A DNA stretch of 64,000 nucleotides from Akkermansia sp. (GTDB lineage: Bacteria; Verrucomicrobiota; Verrucomicrobiia; Verrucomicrobiales; Akkermansiaceae): assembly GCA_045636905.1 (NCBI GenBank), contig JAZTYL010000032.1:20781-84780 (forward strand), given 5' to 3'. The notes under the pieces were generated by a model that was not told the DNA's origin, ran no database searches, and saw nothing but the letters and a program-made list of their open reading frames with translations. This document shows, one piece after another, positions 50,533 through 59,616 of the stretch (the stretch's first letter is position 1; each line of letters begins with the position of its first letter). The translations under genes and the position numbers were made by a program.

Positions 50533-52659
50533 TTATTGGCATGTTGCCGAGCGAATCAGTTCGGCGCATTCGGTGTGGCCGCGCATTAACGCGGATTCAA
50601 GGGCTGTGTTATTCTCCAGATTCTCTATTTCCGTATCGATGCCGGGGGCTTCCAGCAGAAGCTTCACGCAGGCGGTATGCCCTTTTTCTGCGGCGCGGAT
50701 GAGCGGTGTTCTGCCGTACCAGTCCTGGGCGTTGAGGTCGATGCCGGGGGTACCGAGGAGTCTGGAGAGGCATTCCGGCAAGTTGTGGCTGCAGATGATG
50801 CCCGAGAGCGGAATGTCATGGTATCTGGTATTAACCGCTTCCGGTGTCTGTTGCAGGAGATTTTCGAGTGTCTGCATGTCGTGGCGCAGCGCGGCCACGA
50901 GGAGCGGAGGCATGTTCCCGGTATCGATGCCGGGAGCAGCCAGCAGCAGCTCGGCGCAGGCGCAATGCCCCTCCAGGATGGCATTGTGCAGAGGCGTGCT
51001 GTCTGTACTATCCGTCCGGTTGATATCGATGCCGGGGGCCTTCAGCAACAGTTTAACACATTCGGTGTAGCCGTTTTCTGCCGCTCGACAGAGGGGGGAG
51101 CGGGATTCCCCGTTTTCTGCGTTGACATGGATACCCGGAACATCCAGCAGGAGTTTCAGGCATTCCGGTTTGTTGTGGGATACTGCGCAGAATAGCGCGG
51201 AGTTGCCCTCTGCATCCGTGGCGTTGACATCGATGCCCGGTGTAGCCAGCAGCAGGGACAGACATTCATGCAGGTTGTTGAGCACGGCAACGTGCAGCAG
51301 CGGCGTGTCGTAATAGGTGGTGTTGGCCTGCTTCGGAGTCTGCTGCAGGATGTTTTGCAGCTCCGCCGTGTCGCGGCGAAGGGTGGCGAGAAGTATCGGG
51401 GGCAATTCCCGGGTATCGATACCCCATTTTTCCAGCAGGAGCTTCACGCAGTCGTAGTGGCCGTTGAATATGGCTGAGCTCAGCGGTGTGTCTCCGCATT
51501 CATCGACGCAGTTGACATCGATGCCCGGCACCGCCAACAGGAGCTTTACGATTTCTGTGTGGCCGCGATAAGCAGCCATACCCAGCGGGGTCTGCAAGTG
51601 CTTGTCGGACTGGTTGACGTCGATATCCTTTGCGGCCAGCAGCAGTTTGACACATTCGATGTGGTTTTCATTCACAGCAGCCAGAAGCGGCGAGACGTCA
51701 TTCATCACCTCACTCTGGTTGACATCGATATCCGGTGCTGCCAGCAGTATGCGTACACTCTCGGCGAGGCCTTTTTCCGCAGCCTCGAACAGCGCAGAGC
51801 GTCCGAACTTGTTTTGCTCATTCACGTCCTCTCCGGCGGCTATAAGCTCTTTCAGCCCGGCAGGGTTTGCGTATGCATCTGCTACGGGGGCTATAGATTC
51901 GGGAGATGCGTTGGGTGTGGAAGCAAGAATGGCCATACACCGTGTCTGACCGGCATTTTTGGCCAGGGAGTAGGCAGTCTTGCCATTCTGATTGCGTTTT
52001 TTTCGGTCAATGCCGGGAACGGCCAGCAGGAGCTCCACGCAGGTATGGTGCCCGGCCTGGGCGGCTCGATGCAGGGCCGTATTACCCTGCAGATCCGTTT
52101 GGTTTACACGGATGCCGGGGGCTGCCAGCAAAAGCTCCAGACTCTCCTTGTGGCCGTAATCTGCCGCCAGTGCCAGCGGGGTATCTCCTCGGGTGTTGGC
52201 CCGGTTCACATCCACACCGGGTGCGTCCAGCAGGAGCCGCACGCAATCTGTATAATTTCCGGCCGCTGCGGCGAGCAGCGGTGTGTCCTGAAACGCCGGC
52301 TCTGCTTTGTTGACATCGATGCCGGGGGCTGCCAGCAGATGTTTTATACAGAATGTTCTCCCTTCCAGCGCAGAGAGGAAGAGGGCTGACCAACCATCCG
52401 GAGTTTCGGAGTTGGCATCTATACCGGATTCCAGCAGCCTTTTGAATTCCGCTCGTTCATCGTACTGTATGGCCAGCAGGAGCTGCCGGGCCGGATTGTT
52501 CTCTGCGACAGGGCAAGCTGTAGCTGCGCCGGGCTGTGTGTCGGCGGAGATATTTTCCTGGTTCTTCCAATAGTACCCCGCGCCACCGGCCAGGGCTGTC
52601 AGCAACAACCCGGCCAGTGTGTAACACAAAGCACGTTTCTTCCTTTTTCCTGCTCTCAT
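50533..52659 (-). CDS. Membrane-anchored ankyrin-repeat protein
   Basis: Basic N-terminus + TM; many TPL..AA..G...CV.LLLAAPGIDVN repeats. Confidence 0.9.
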   Translation of the reverse strand: MRAGKRKKRALCYTLAGLLLTALAGGAGYYWKNQENISADTQPGAATACPVAENNPARQLLLAIQYDERAEFKRLLESGIDANSETPDGWSALFLSALEGRTFCIKHLLAAPGIDVNKAEPAFQDTPLLAAAAGNYTDCVRLLLDAPGVDVNRANTRGDTPLALAADYGHKESLELLLAAPGIRVNQTDLQGNTALHRAAQAGHHTCVELLLAVPGIDRKKRNQNGKTAYSLAKNAGQTRCMAILASTPNASPESIAPVADAYANPAGLKELIAAGEDVNEQNKFGRSALFEAAEKGLAESVRILLAAPDIDVNQSEVMNDVSPLLAAVNENHIECVKLLLAAKDIDVNQSDKHLQTPLGMAAYRGHTEIVKLLLAVPGIDVNCVDECGDTPLSSAIFNGHYDCVKLLLEKWGIDTRELPPILLATLRRDTAELQNILQQTPKQANTTYYDTPLLHVAVLNNLHECLSLLLATPGIDVNATDAEGNSALFCAVSHNKPECLKLLLDVPGIHVNAENGESRSPLCRAAENGYTECVKLLLKAPGIDINRTDSTDSTPLHNAILEGHCACAELLLAAPGIDTGNMPPLLVAALRHDMQTLENLLQQTPEAVNTRYHDIPLSGIICSHNLPECLSRLLGTPGIDLNAQDWYGRTPLIRAAEKGHTACVKLLLEAPGIDTEIENLENNTALESALMRGHTECAELIRSATCQ

Positions 52660-52689
52660 GTTAGCCGGGGCAAGACTCGAAGCGTGGAA

Positions 52690-54720
52690 TCAGATGCCTC
52701 CTGCCTCCCGTATGAGGCGGGCACATTCCGTGTGGCCTTTTCTTTCTGCCGCCTTGAGCGGAGTTTCGCCGTCCTTATTGGCTCTGTTGATATTGATGCC
52801 GGGAGCTGCCAGCAAGAGCTTAACCGCCCCTGTTTTGCCACCCGTTGCTGCCCAGTACAGGGGCGTCCAATTTTCCTTATCGGCCTTGTTAATGTCGATG
52901 CCGGGACGGGCCAGCAGGAGCTTAATGCACTCTGTGTTGCCTGCAGAAGCGGCTCCGCTGAGTGGCGTGTAGCCATTTGTCGTGCATTTGTTGATGTCGA
53001 TGCCGGGCATTTCCAGCAGGAGCTTCATGCATGTATCGTGCCCTCGCAACGCAGTTTGGTAGAGAGGTGTGGTTCCATTGTTGCATGCTTTGTTGACATT
53101 GATGCCGGGAGCTGCCAGTAAGAGCTTCATACACTCGGCGTTGTCTTTGTATGCGGCCCAATAGAGGGGTGTTTCACCATCGTTCTCCGCCTTGTTCACA
53201 TCGATTTCAGGTACTGCCAACAGAAGCCTGGTACAATCTGTATGTTTTGTATAAACAGAGCGTATGAGGGGTGTTTCCCCTTCATTATCTGCCAGGTTGA
53301 CATTGATGGCAGGAACTGCAAGCAGGCGTCGCACGGCGGCTGTATGCCCCTCCCAGCAGGCGTTACACAGGGCGGTTCTGCCACTGGAGTTCCGGGCGTT
53401 CACATCTGCTCCTGCTTCGATGAGAAGATTCAGCAGGTCGAGCGTGCCGGTGGCTTCGATTATCTTTGAAGAATACTGCGACTCCTCTATACCCCTGTCT
53501 TTCAATTTACGTCGGGCATTTTGGGAGGTTTGCAGCTCAGCATGGAGAGAATTGAGCTCCAGCTTCGTTTTGTTCCACGAGCTCTCCAGACTGTTAATTT
53601 TTTGTCTGGCAGCTTCCAGTTCATTTGCCTGGCGGATACGGGTCTGCTCGCTCCGGTCGAGTCTGATGCGCAGAGAGGTGATGGTGTCGTAGTGGTACCA
53701 GCAGCCTCCCCCCAGGATGGTAAGCAGCACCATGCTCACGCACCAGGGCAGTAGCGATTGCTTGTTTCCTGTATTTGTTTTCGTGGTGGGCTGCATACTG
53801 TCAGCCGGTAGTGCTGCGCGCCAGTCCGAGGCTCTTTGCCAGCGGTCTTTTTCCCACACGCGGAGGGCTTTGTCAATGGTTTTCAGGAATGCTGTACTGA
53901 AACGCCCGGTCAAGTCCTTGCGTCGGGAAAGTGGCTTGTAGGGGTCAGTTTTTGCCATGCGGTTCACGCTGCGGGGCGGACGTGTGCCGGTGATAAGGCG
54001 GTAGCAGGTTGCCCCCAGCGCGTAAAGGTCTGTCCAGGGGCCGATTCTGCCACCGCTCTGCAACTGCTCAATGGGAGTATAGCCCGCGCTCTCAATCATG
54101 GTGGCGGAGCGTTCTCCCACCATGGCTCGCGCAGCACCGAAATCGATGATTACGGGGCGGCCGTCCTCCTGCTGCAGGATGTTGCCCGGTTTGATATCTC
54201 GGTGGAAAATGTTTTGCTCGTGGAGGTATTCCAGCGCATCCAGCAGCGTGCGGACAATGGGAAGCAGCCATTGCTCGGTGATTTCTCCCGGGGCAGGGGA
54301 ACACTTGCCGAGTTCCTGCCCGCCGACCCATGGCATCACATAGTAGGCGGTTCCCAAAGCCTGAAACGCCTTCTGCACTTTGACGATGTTGGGGTGATTC
54401 AGCATGGCCAGCAGCTGAGCTTCCTCGATAAAGCGCTCCATTGCCCATTTGTAATCTGAGGCTACATTGGAGGTAGCCGGGCCCACCATATAGGTTTGCG
54501 GGTGGCGGTAGGAAAAAGCGCCGGGCAGGTTTTCCTTTATGACAACCCGCTCTCCGTTTTCCTCATTCTCTGCCAGATAGGTGATGCCGAAACCTCCTTG
54601 CCCCAGCATGTGCAGCAATTTGTAGCTGCCCAATACAATACCGCTCGGCAGTGAAATGAAGTTCTGCTCATCTGCAGCATCTGCACCCTCTTTTCCGCTG
54701 TAAGATATTTCTTCGTGCAT
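52690..54720 (-). CDS. Ser/Thr kinase - TM - coiled coil - ankyrin repeats
   Basis: LGQGGFGITY, VVIKE, HRDIKPGN, DFG, GYTPIEQ; TM LLPWCVSMVLLTILGGGCWY; about 7 ankyrin repeats; start taken at MHEEIS. Confidence 0.9.
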   Translation of the reverse strand: MHEEISYSGKEGADAADEQNFISLPSGIVLGSYKLLHMLGQGGFGITYLAENEENGERVVIKENLPGAFSYRHPQTYMVGPATSNVASDYKWAMERFIEEAQLLAMLNHPNIVKVQKAFQALGTAYYVMPWVGGQELGKCSPAPGEITEQWLLPIVRTLLDALEYLHEQNIFHRDIKPGNILQQEDGRPVIIDFGAARAMVGERSATMIESAGYTPIEQLQSGGRIGPWTDLYALGATCYRLITGTRPPRSVNRMAKTDPYKPLSRRKDLTGRFSTAFLKTIDKALRVWEKDRWQRASDWRAALPADSMQPTTKTNTGNKQSLLPWCVSMVLLTILGGGCWYHYDTITSLRIRLDRSEQTRIRQANELEAARQKINSLESSWNKTKLELNSLHAELQTSQNARRKLKDRGIEESQYSSKIIEATGTLDLLNLLIEAGADVNARNSSGRTALCNACWEGHTAAVRRLLAVPAINVNLADNEGETPLIRSVYTKHTDCTRLLLAVPEIDVNKAENDGETPLYWAAYKDNAECMKLLLAAPGINVNKACNNGTTPLYQTALRGHDTCMKLLLEMPGIDINKCTTNGYTPLSGAASAGNTECIKLLLARPGIDINKADKENWTPLYWAATGGKTGAVKLLLAAPGININRANKDGETPLKAAERKGHTECARLIREAGGI

Positions 54721-54736
54721 GATTCGCAGGTATTCG

Positions 54737-57700
54737 TCATTTTCCGCCGGCTTTGCGTATGAGCTCCACACAATCCGGATTGTGCTGCTCTGCAACTTTG
54801 AGCGGCGTTTTGCCTTCATTGTCCGCCTTGTTGATATCGATACCGGGGGCAGCCAGCAGAAGCTTTACAAGCTCTGCATCCCAGCAGGCGGCCCAGTTCA
54901 GGGGCGTTCTTCCTTTGTTGTCCGCCTTGTTGACATCGATACCGGGAGCAGCCAGCAGAAGCTTGCAGCATTCGACCTGTCTCAGATTAACAGCAGAGAT
55001 GAGAGGGGTTGTGCCGTCTTTATCTGCCTTGTTGACATCGATACCGGGAGCAGCCAGCAGAAGCTTGCAGCATTCGACCTGTCTCAGATTAACAGCAGCG
55101 ATGAGAGGTGTTGTGCCGTCTTTATCTGCCGCGTTGACATCTGTACCGGCTGCGAGAAGCTTTTTCAGTTCCTCCGGGTTGTTGCAGACAGCGTGCAGGG
55201 AAGGCATCTGTTCGTTGAGCATCGGCGCCTTTTGCTGCGGATTTTGGGCGGCCGGCTTCAGGGAATCGTCGGCAGCCTTGCGCAGAAGGTCGATGCATTG
55301 GTGGTGTTTCTGCTCCTCAGCTATTGCGAGGGGTGTTTTGCCTTCTTTGTCTGCCTTCTTGACATCGATACCGGGTGCTGCCAGAAGGAGTTTCACATTT
55401 TCATGTCGACCATTGCTCGCTGCCCAGTAGAGCGGAGTTTTGCCTTCCATGTCCTGCCTGTTGATGTCGATGCCGGGAACAGTGAGCAGAAATTTCATGC
55501 TCTCGGTATTGTCGGAGCCGGCAACCCAATGCAGAACAGTAAGTCCACTCTGATTTGTGTAGTTGACATCTGCACCGGCGGTTATGAGCAATTTCAGTCT
55601 GTCGGGAGAATTGTATGAAGCCAGCAAGGCATCATTGTATTTCTCGGAGGGGATGCCGGCCTTGGCAAGCTCATCGGCCGCTGCTTGTTTCGCTTTCTCC
55701 TGCTCATTTGTTTCGGGTTCCTTGCCAGCCGGCGATTTCTCATCTACCGGTGCGGTGATATCCTTCGCGCAGAGCATGGCTAAGATATGCTCCCGTGTGA
55801 GCTGCGGTTCCAGAAGCGCGTTCTTTATAGCTTCCGGGTAGCCCTCGCATGCTGCGGCCCGTTTGTCCAGGGGGGCAAAATCCCTTATTTCTTCGCAGAG
55901 TTTTGTTAGGTTCAGGATAGTCTGCTTGAGTTTGTTTCTGAGCTGTCTGTTCCCGTTGATGCTCTTCCCTGCCTTGACATCTGCCGCTGCTGCTTGGATA
56001 CCGGAGTCCGTTGCTGGGATGCTATTTCGCATATCATCAATCATCATACGAATCGCTTCGATATGCATAGCCTCTTCCTTTTCCTTTTTCAGGCGGTCGG
56101 CCTCTTCTTTTTCTTTCAAGCGGTTGGCATCTTCTTGCGCCTTTCTCTGAGCGTCTTGTGCCTGTTTTTCGCGCTCTGCTTCTTCCTGAGCCTTTTTGTC
56201 AGCCTCGGCCTTTCGGTCGGCTTCTTCTTTAGCCTTTTGAGCTGCATCCAGTATCTCCTGCCATCCCAGCAGGGCGAGGATATGCTCCCGGGTGACTTTT
56301 TCTGCTGTGATTGTGGTATCGTTGCAGAAGGTGCAGAGTCCGGTGTGCAGCGCTTCCGGCTTATCGGGCAGGGTAGCGCAGATCTTTTTTCTGTTTTTCT
56401 CGGGAAGGTTGGCAGCTGTTGCTTTGAGTTCTGCTGCGTTTTTCTGCAGGGTGTCGAGAAGTTGCAGCATTTCCGTCTGCTCTGCCAGCGGTGTGCCGGC
56501 AGCGACTTTGTTCGCCGCCTCCGGCAGCTGTTTTTCGGCTTCGAGCAGGGCTGTGTGCAAAGCCGTAAGCTGGGCAGCAAACTGTTTGGTGGTATCTTCT
56601 ATCTGCCGGGCGATACGGGTTTCTTCATGATGCTTCTGTACGTAGTAGTAGTAGGCGGTAGTGCCACCTGCCAGGCACAGCAGCAGCGCTGCAGAAGCCA
56701 GGATATAGTGCTGCTTGCGCAGGCGGAAGCCGGGAGGCGGCAGCGTATGCAGCCAGATGGCCGATACGTTGTCGGACTTGCCTTCGGCTGCCTGCACGGC
56801 TTGCTGCGCCATCTCCAGCAGCAATTTGCTGTGTTCTGCGGGGGTGTTTGCGCACCAGGATTTCATGTCCCAAAGCTGCTCGGGCAGCTGGTTCCACAAA
56901 CCGTCGCAGCAGAGCAGGAAACGGTCTGCCGCACCATAGAAACCGGAGCTGATGTGAGGTTTCACTTTGCCGGTGGTGCCGAGCGCCTGGGTGAGGCGGC
57001 TCTGGTCCGGGTGGTTGCGCGCTTCCTCCGGCGAGACTTCCCCGCGCTCTACCAGGATACGCAGCAATGAGTCGTCTATGGTGAGCTGCTTCCAGGTGTT
57101 TTTGTGTGCCAGGTAGGCACGGCAGTCTCCCACATTGGCTACGGTGTATGTGCCATTGCAGAGGTAGATAGCCACGATGGCGCATTTGCCGCTGAACTTG
57201 GCATTGCCGCCGGCGCGATTGATTACTTCCTGGTGGGCGGTCAGGATGGCTTCCCGAAGCACCTCCTCAGCACGCGCCCGCGGGAGCCCCTGTGCCATGG
57301 TTTTCTGCCACGTCTCCTGCAGAGATTCCACAGCTGCTCGTGAGGCACGCTCGCCGCCGGCATGACCACCGGCGCCATCTGCCACAACGGCCAGCATGGC
57401 CTTGTCGGATTTCCAGCAGGCTTCGTTGTCCTGCTGCGAATCGCGGTCGCCGATAAGCGAGACCGTGGCATGGTGCTCGGAGTAGTTTTCGGCCGGCAGG
57501 ATATCAACGACGATGATGCTGGTGTTGTCCTGGTTGGGGACGTGGAGCAGGCGGAGCTTGTTCATGAGCAGCTCACATACCTCGGCAGGTGCGGCAGAAC
57601 GTACATCCGGGCTGTTGAGCAGGCTTTCCCACCCGGTCTTTACCAGAGGTAACAAGCCGTCGGAGGAGATGATGAAACGATCCCCCACGCAGCACTCTGT

Positions 57701-58294
57701 GTTGTCCACCAACTCCGCTTCCAGATAATCCTCGCCGCATACGGCAGAGTAGAGCGCGTGGCGAGGCCCGGGGGCGGCGGCGGCTTCCTCGGGGGTCATC
57801 TCCCCGTTGTTGACGCGTCGTTCCAGCTCCCACTGCCAGGTGTGGGCGGTGTTGATTTTGGTGATTTCCGTGCCATGCTGGCGGTAGAGGAGCGAGTCTC
57901 CCACATTGAGCCAGTTGAGCCCCTCATTGCTGATACCCAGAGCAATAAATGTTGCTCCGGCTTCCTTGTCGATACGGCCTTCTCTTTTGCAATCCGCAAG
58001 AGACTGGTTGGCGTAGCTGATACAGTGCACCAGCGTGTCGGTGGTGAGAGCCTCACCTCCGAACTTACCCGCGTAGGCGCACAGGAAGCTGTCCACCAAG
58101 TGTTTGCTCGCTTTTTCTCCGTCTGCCACGCCTCCCATGCCGTCTGCCAGGAGGGCCAGGAAGCTTTGTGCCCGGTTGCTGTCTTCTGCCGGGTGCAGAC
58201 TGTAGGAGTCTTCCTGCTGCTCGCGTCCGCCTATCCATTGGCAGCCGGCGGCGGCAATATGGAAGTTGCTCAATGAGGTAACTCGTGTGTTCAT
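54737..58294 (-). CDS. Tandem PP2C phosphatase (x2) - TM - helical repeats - ankyrin repeats
   Basis: Domain 1: GREQQED, LADGMGG, NVGDS, SSDG, QDNTS. Domain 2: DRDSQQD, VADGAGGH, NVGDCR, CCDG, SDNVS. Then TM and ankyrins. Confidence 0.9.
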   Translation of the reverse strand: MNTRVTSLSNFHIAAAGCQWIGGREQQEDSYSLHPAEDSNRAQSFLALLADGMGGVADGEKASKHLVDSFLCAYAGKFGGEALTTDTLVHCISYANQSLADCKREGRIDKEAGATFIALGISNEGLNWLNVGDSLLYRQHGTEITKINTAHTWQWELERRVNNGEMTPEEAAAAPGPRHALYSAVCGEDYLEAELVDNTECCVGDRFIISSDGLLPLVKTGWESLLNSPDVRSAAPAEVCELLMNKLRLLHVPNQDNTSIIVVDILPAENYSEHHATVSLIGDRDSQQDNEACWKSDKAMLAVVADGAGGHAGGERASRAAVESLQETWQKTMAQGLPRARAEEVLREAILTAHQEVINRAGGNAKFSGKCAIVAIYLCNGTYTVANVGDCRAYLAHKNTWKQLTIDDSLLRILVERGEVSPEEARNHPDQSRLTQALGTTGKVKPHISSGFYGAADRFLLCCDGLWNQLPEQLWDMKSWCANTPAEHSKLLLEMAQQAVQAAEGKSDNVSAIWLHTLPPPGFRLRKQHYILASAALLLCLAGGTTAYYYYVQKHHEETRIARQIEDTTKQFAAQLTALHTALLEAEKQLPEAANKVAAGTPLAEQTEMLQLLDTLQKNAAELKATAANLPEKNRKKICATLPDKPEALHTGLCTFCNDTTITAEKVTREHILALLGWQEILDAAQKAKEEADRKAEADKKAQEEAEREKQAQDAQRKAQEDANRLKEKEEADRLKKEKEEAMHIEAIRMMIDDMRNSIPATDSGIQAAAADVKAGKSINGNRQLRNKLKQTILNLTKLCEEIRDFAPLDKRAAACEGYPEAIKNALLEPQLTREHILAMLCAKDITAPVDEKSPAGKEPETNEQEKAKQAAADELAKAGIPSEKYNDALLASYNSPDRLKLLITAGADVNYTNQSGLTVLHWVAGSDNTESMKFLLTVPGIDINRQDMEGKTPLYWAASNGRHENVKLLLAAPGIDVKKADKEGKTPLAIAEEQKHHQCIDLLRKAADDSLKPAAQNPQQKAPMLNEQMPSLHAVCNNPEELKKLLAAGTDVNAADKDGTTPLIAAVNLRQVECCKLLLAAPGIDVNKADKDGTTPLISAVNLRQVECCKLLLAAPGIDVNKADNKGRTPLNWAACWDAELVKLLLAAPGIDINKADNEGKTPLKVAEQHNPDCVELIRKAGGK
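54924..55130 (-). repeat. Near-identical 102-bp tandem duplication (one ankyrin repeat)
   Basis: ADKDGTTPLI(A/S)AVNLRQVECCKLLLAAPGIDVNK occurs twice. Confidence 0.9.
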
Positions 58295-58302
58295 GGTATA
58301 AC

Positions 58303-59589
58303 TCAGAGGGTCTCAGGGTAATCCCAGTAGAAGCTGTCGTTGCAGAAGGGGATGAATCGCAGGCTGGTCTGCTCGGATACGCGCAGAATATCCCCTCGCT
58401 TTATCGGCTCGTAGCCGGTCAGCTCATCATTGTTGAGGTAGGTCAGCTGAGAGGCTGTATCGATATTGGTTACCAGGAATTGCTTTCTGCTTTTCACGTA
58501 GCGTATGGCAAACTGCTCCCCGGAAATGCCATTGTCGGCAGACAGGCAGATGCGGCAGGTGTCGCTTCGACCGCCCTGGTTGATGCCGATGGTGATGGGG
58601 AAGTACATGCCCTTCATGGGGCCGCTGATGGCAACGAGCCAGCCCTGCTCCCAGCTTTCGGCAGGGTGGCGGTTGGAGCCGCTTGCCTGGTTGTCTTGCG
58701 GAATCCGGCGGAAGATGCGCGTGTGGCCGTCGTCCTCTGCCTGTTGTTCGGCCGAGGAGCGGATAGCACGCTCGATGCGTACGGTTGCATCCAGGTCTGA
58801 GCCCGGGGCCGCGGGAGTGATGCGTACGGTGGGCAAATCGCGGGAGGACTTGTCGATGCCAATTTCCTGGGTGGGGAAGTGTATGGGGGTAATCTGCGGG
58901 CCTTTCCTGTCTTTGGAAATATTGGGCATGCCCGGTTTGGGTGCCGGGGCCGGAGTCGGTGCAGGCGCGGGAGCGGCAGGAGTCTGGTCATAGGTCCATC
59001 TGAACTGCGAATCGCAGAATGGCACGAAACGCATGGTGGTTTCGGAGGAGAGTCGCAGGGTATCACCTTCGCAGATGGGGGTCGGGAAGATGAGTTCATC
59101 GCCATCTGCCAGGTATGTTACCTGGGAGGCAGAATTAATGGGGGCTACCAGGTAGCTGTTCTTCCCCTGCTGGTAACGGATGGAGAATTGTGAGCGGGAG
59201 ATACCCATGTCGCTCGGCAGGCAGATGGTGTTGGTGTTAGCGCGACCAACGGTGTTATTGCCGAGGATGACGGGGAAGGAATTGCCTTTCATCGGGCCGC
59301 TGATGGCGACGAGCCAGCCGTGTACCCACTGCTCCGGGGGCAGGGGGCGGTTGCGACCGATCGGAACGGTGACGGGAGTGGTCGGAGTGCTGTTGCCGCG
59401 AATCAGGCGTGTCTTGCCATCGTCCTCTTCCTGTTGTTTTTTCTGTATACGCTGCAGCGGTACGGTGGGGCCTTCCCCATTGTCTGTGGGGGGGATAGGC
59501 GGAGTTACCGGAAGGTCGATGGCAGAAATGCGTACAGTGTTGTAATTGGGAGTGTTGTCCCCGTTGGTGTTGATGATTCTAGTGGCCAT
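58303..59589 (-). CDS. Soluble tandem FHA-domain protein
   Basis: Two copies of GWLVAISGPMKG...GR...IC...D.GIS...RF(V/I)PFC..F.W separated by Pro/Thr-rich linkers. Confidence 0.8.
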   Translation of the reverse strand: MATRIINTNGDNTPNYNTVRISAIDLPVTPPIPPTDNGEGPTVPLQRIQKKQQEEDDGKTRLIRGNSTPTTPVTVPIGRNRPLPPEQWVHGWLVAISGPMKGNSFPVILGNNTVGRANTNTICLPSDMGISRSQFSIRYQQGKNSYLVAPINSASQVTYLADGDELIFPTPICEGDTLRLSSETTMRFVPFCDSQFRWTYDQTPAAPAPAPTPAPAPKPGMPNISKDRKGPQITPIHFPTQEIGIDKSSRDLPTVRITPAAPGSDLDATVRIERAIRSSAEQQAEDDGHTRIFRRIPQDNQASGSNRHPAESWEQGWLVAISGPMKGMYFPITIGINQGGRSDTCRICLSADNGISGEQFAIRYVKSRKQFLVTNIDTASQLTYLNNDELTGYEPIKRGDILRVSEQTSLRFIPFCNDSFYWDYPETL

Positions 59590-59616
59590 GGTCAGAGATG
59601 TGTCAATTTAGAGGTA

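Noticed and set aside
54721-54819. Upstream-extended starts in the ORF track (kinase; also kbl, lpdA, recA, TolC, Aas, 31450 ORF)
   Set aside because: The extensions overlap neighbouring genes or promoters; downstream ATGs fit the motifs and signal peptides better.
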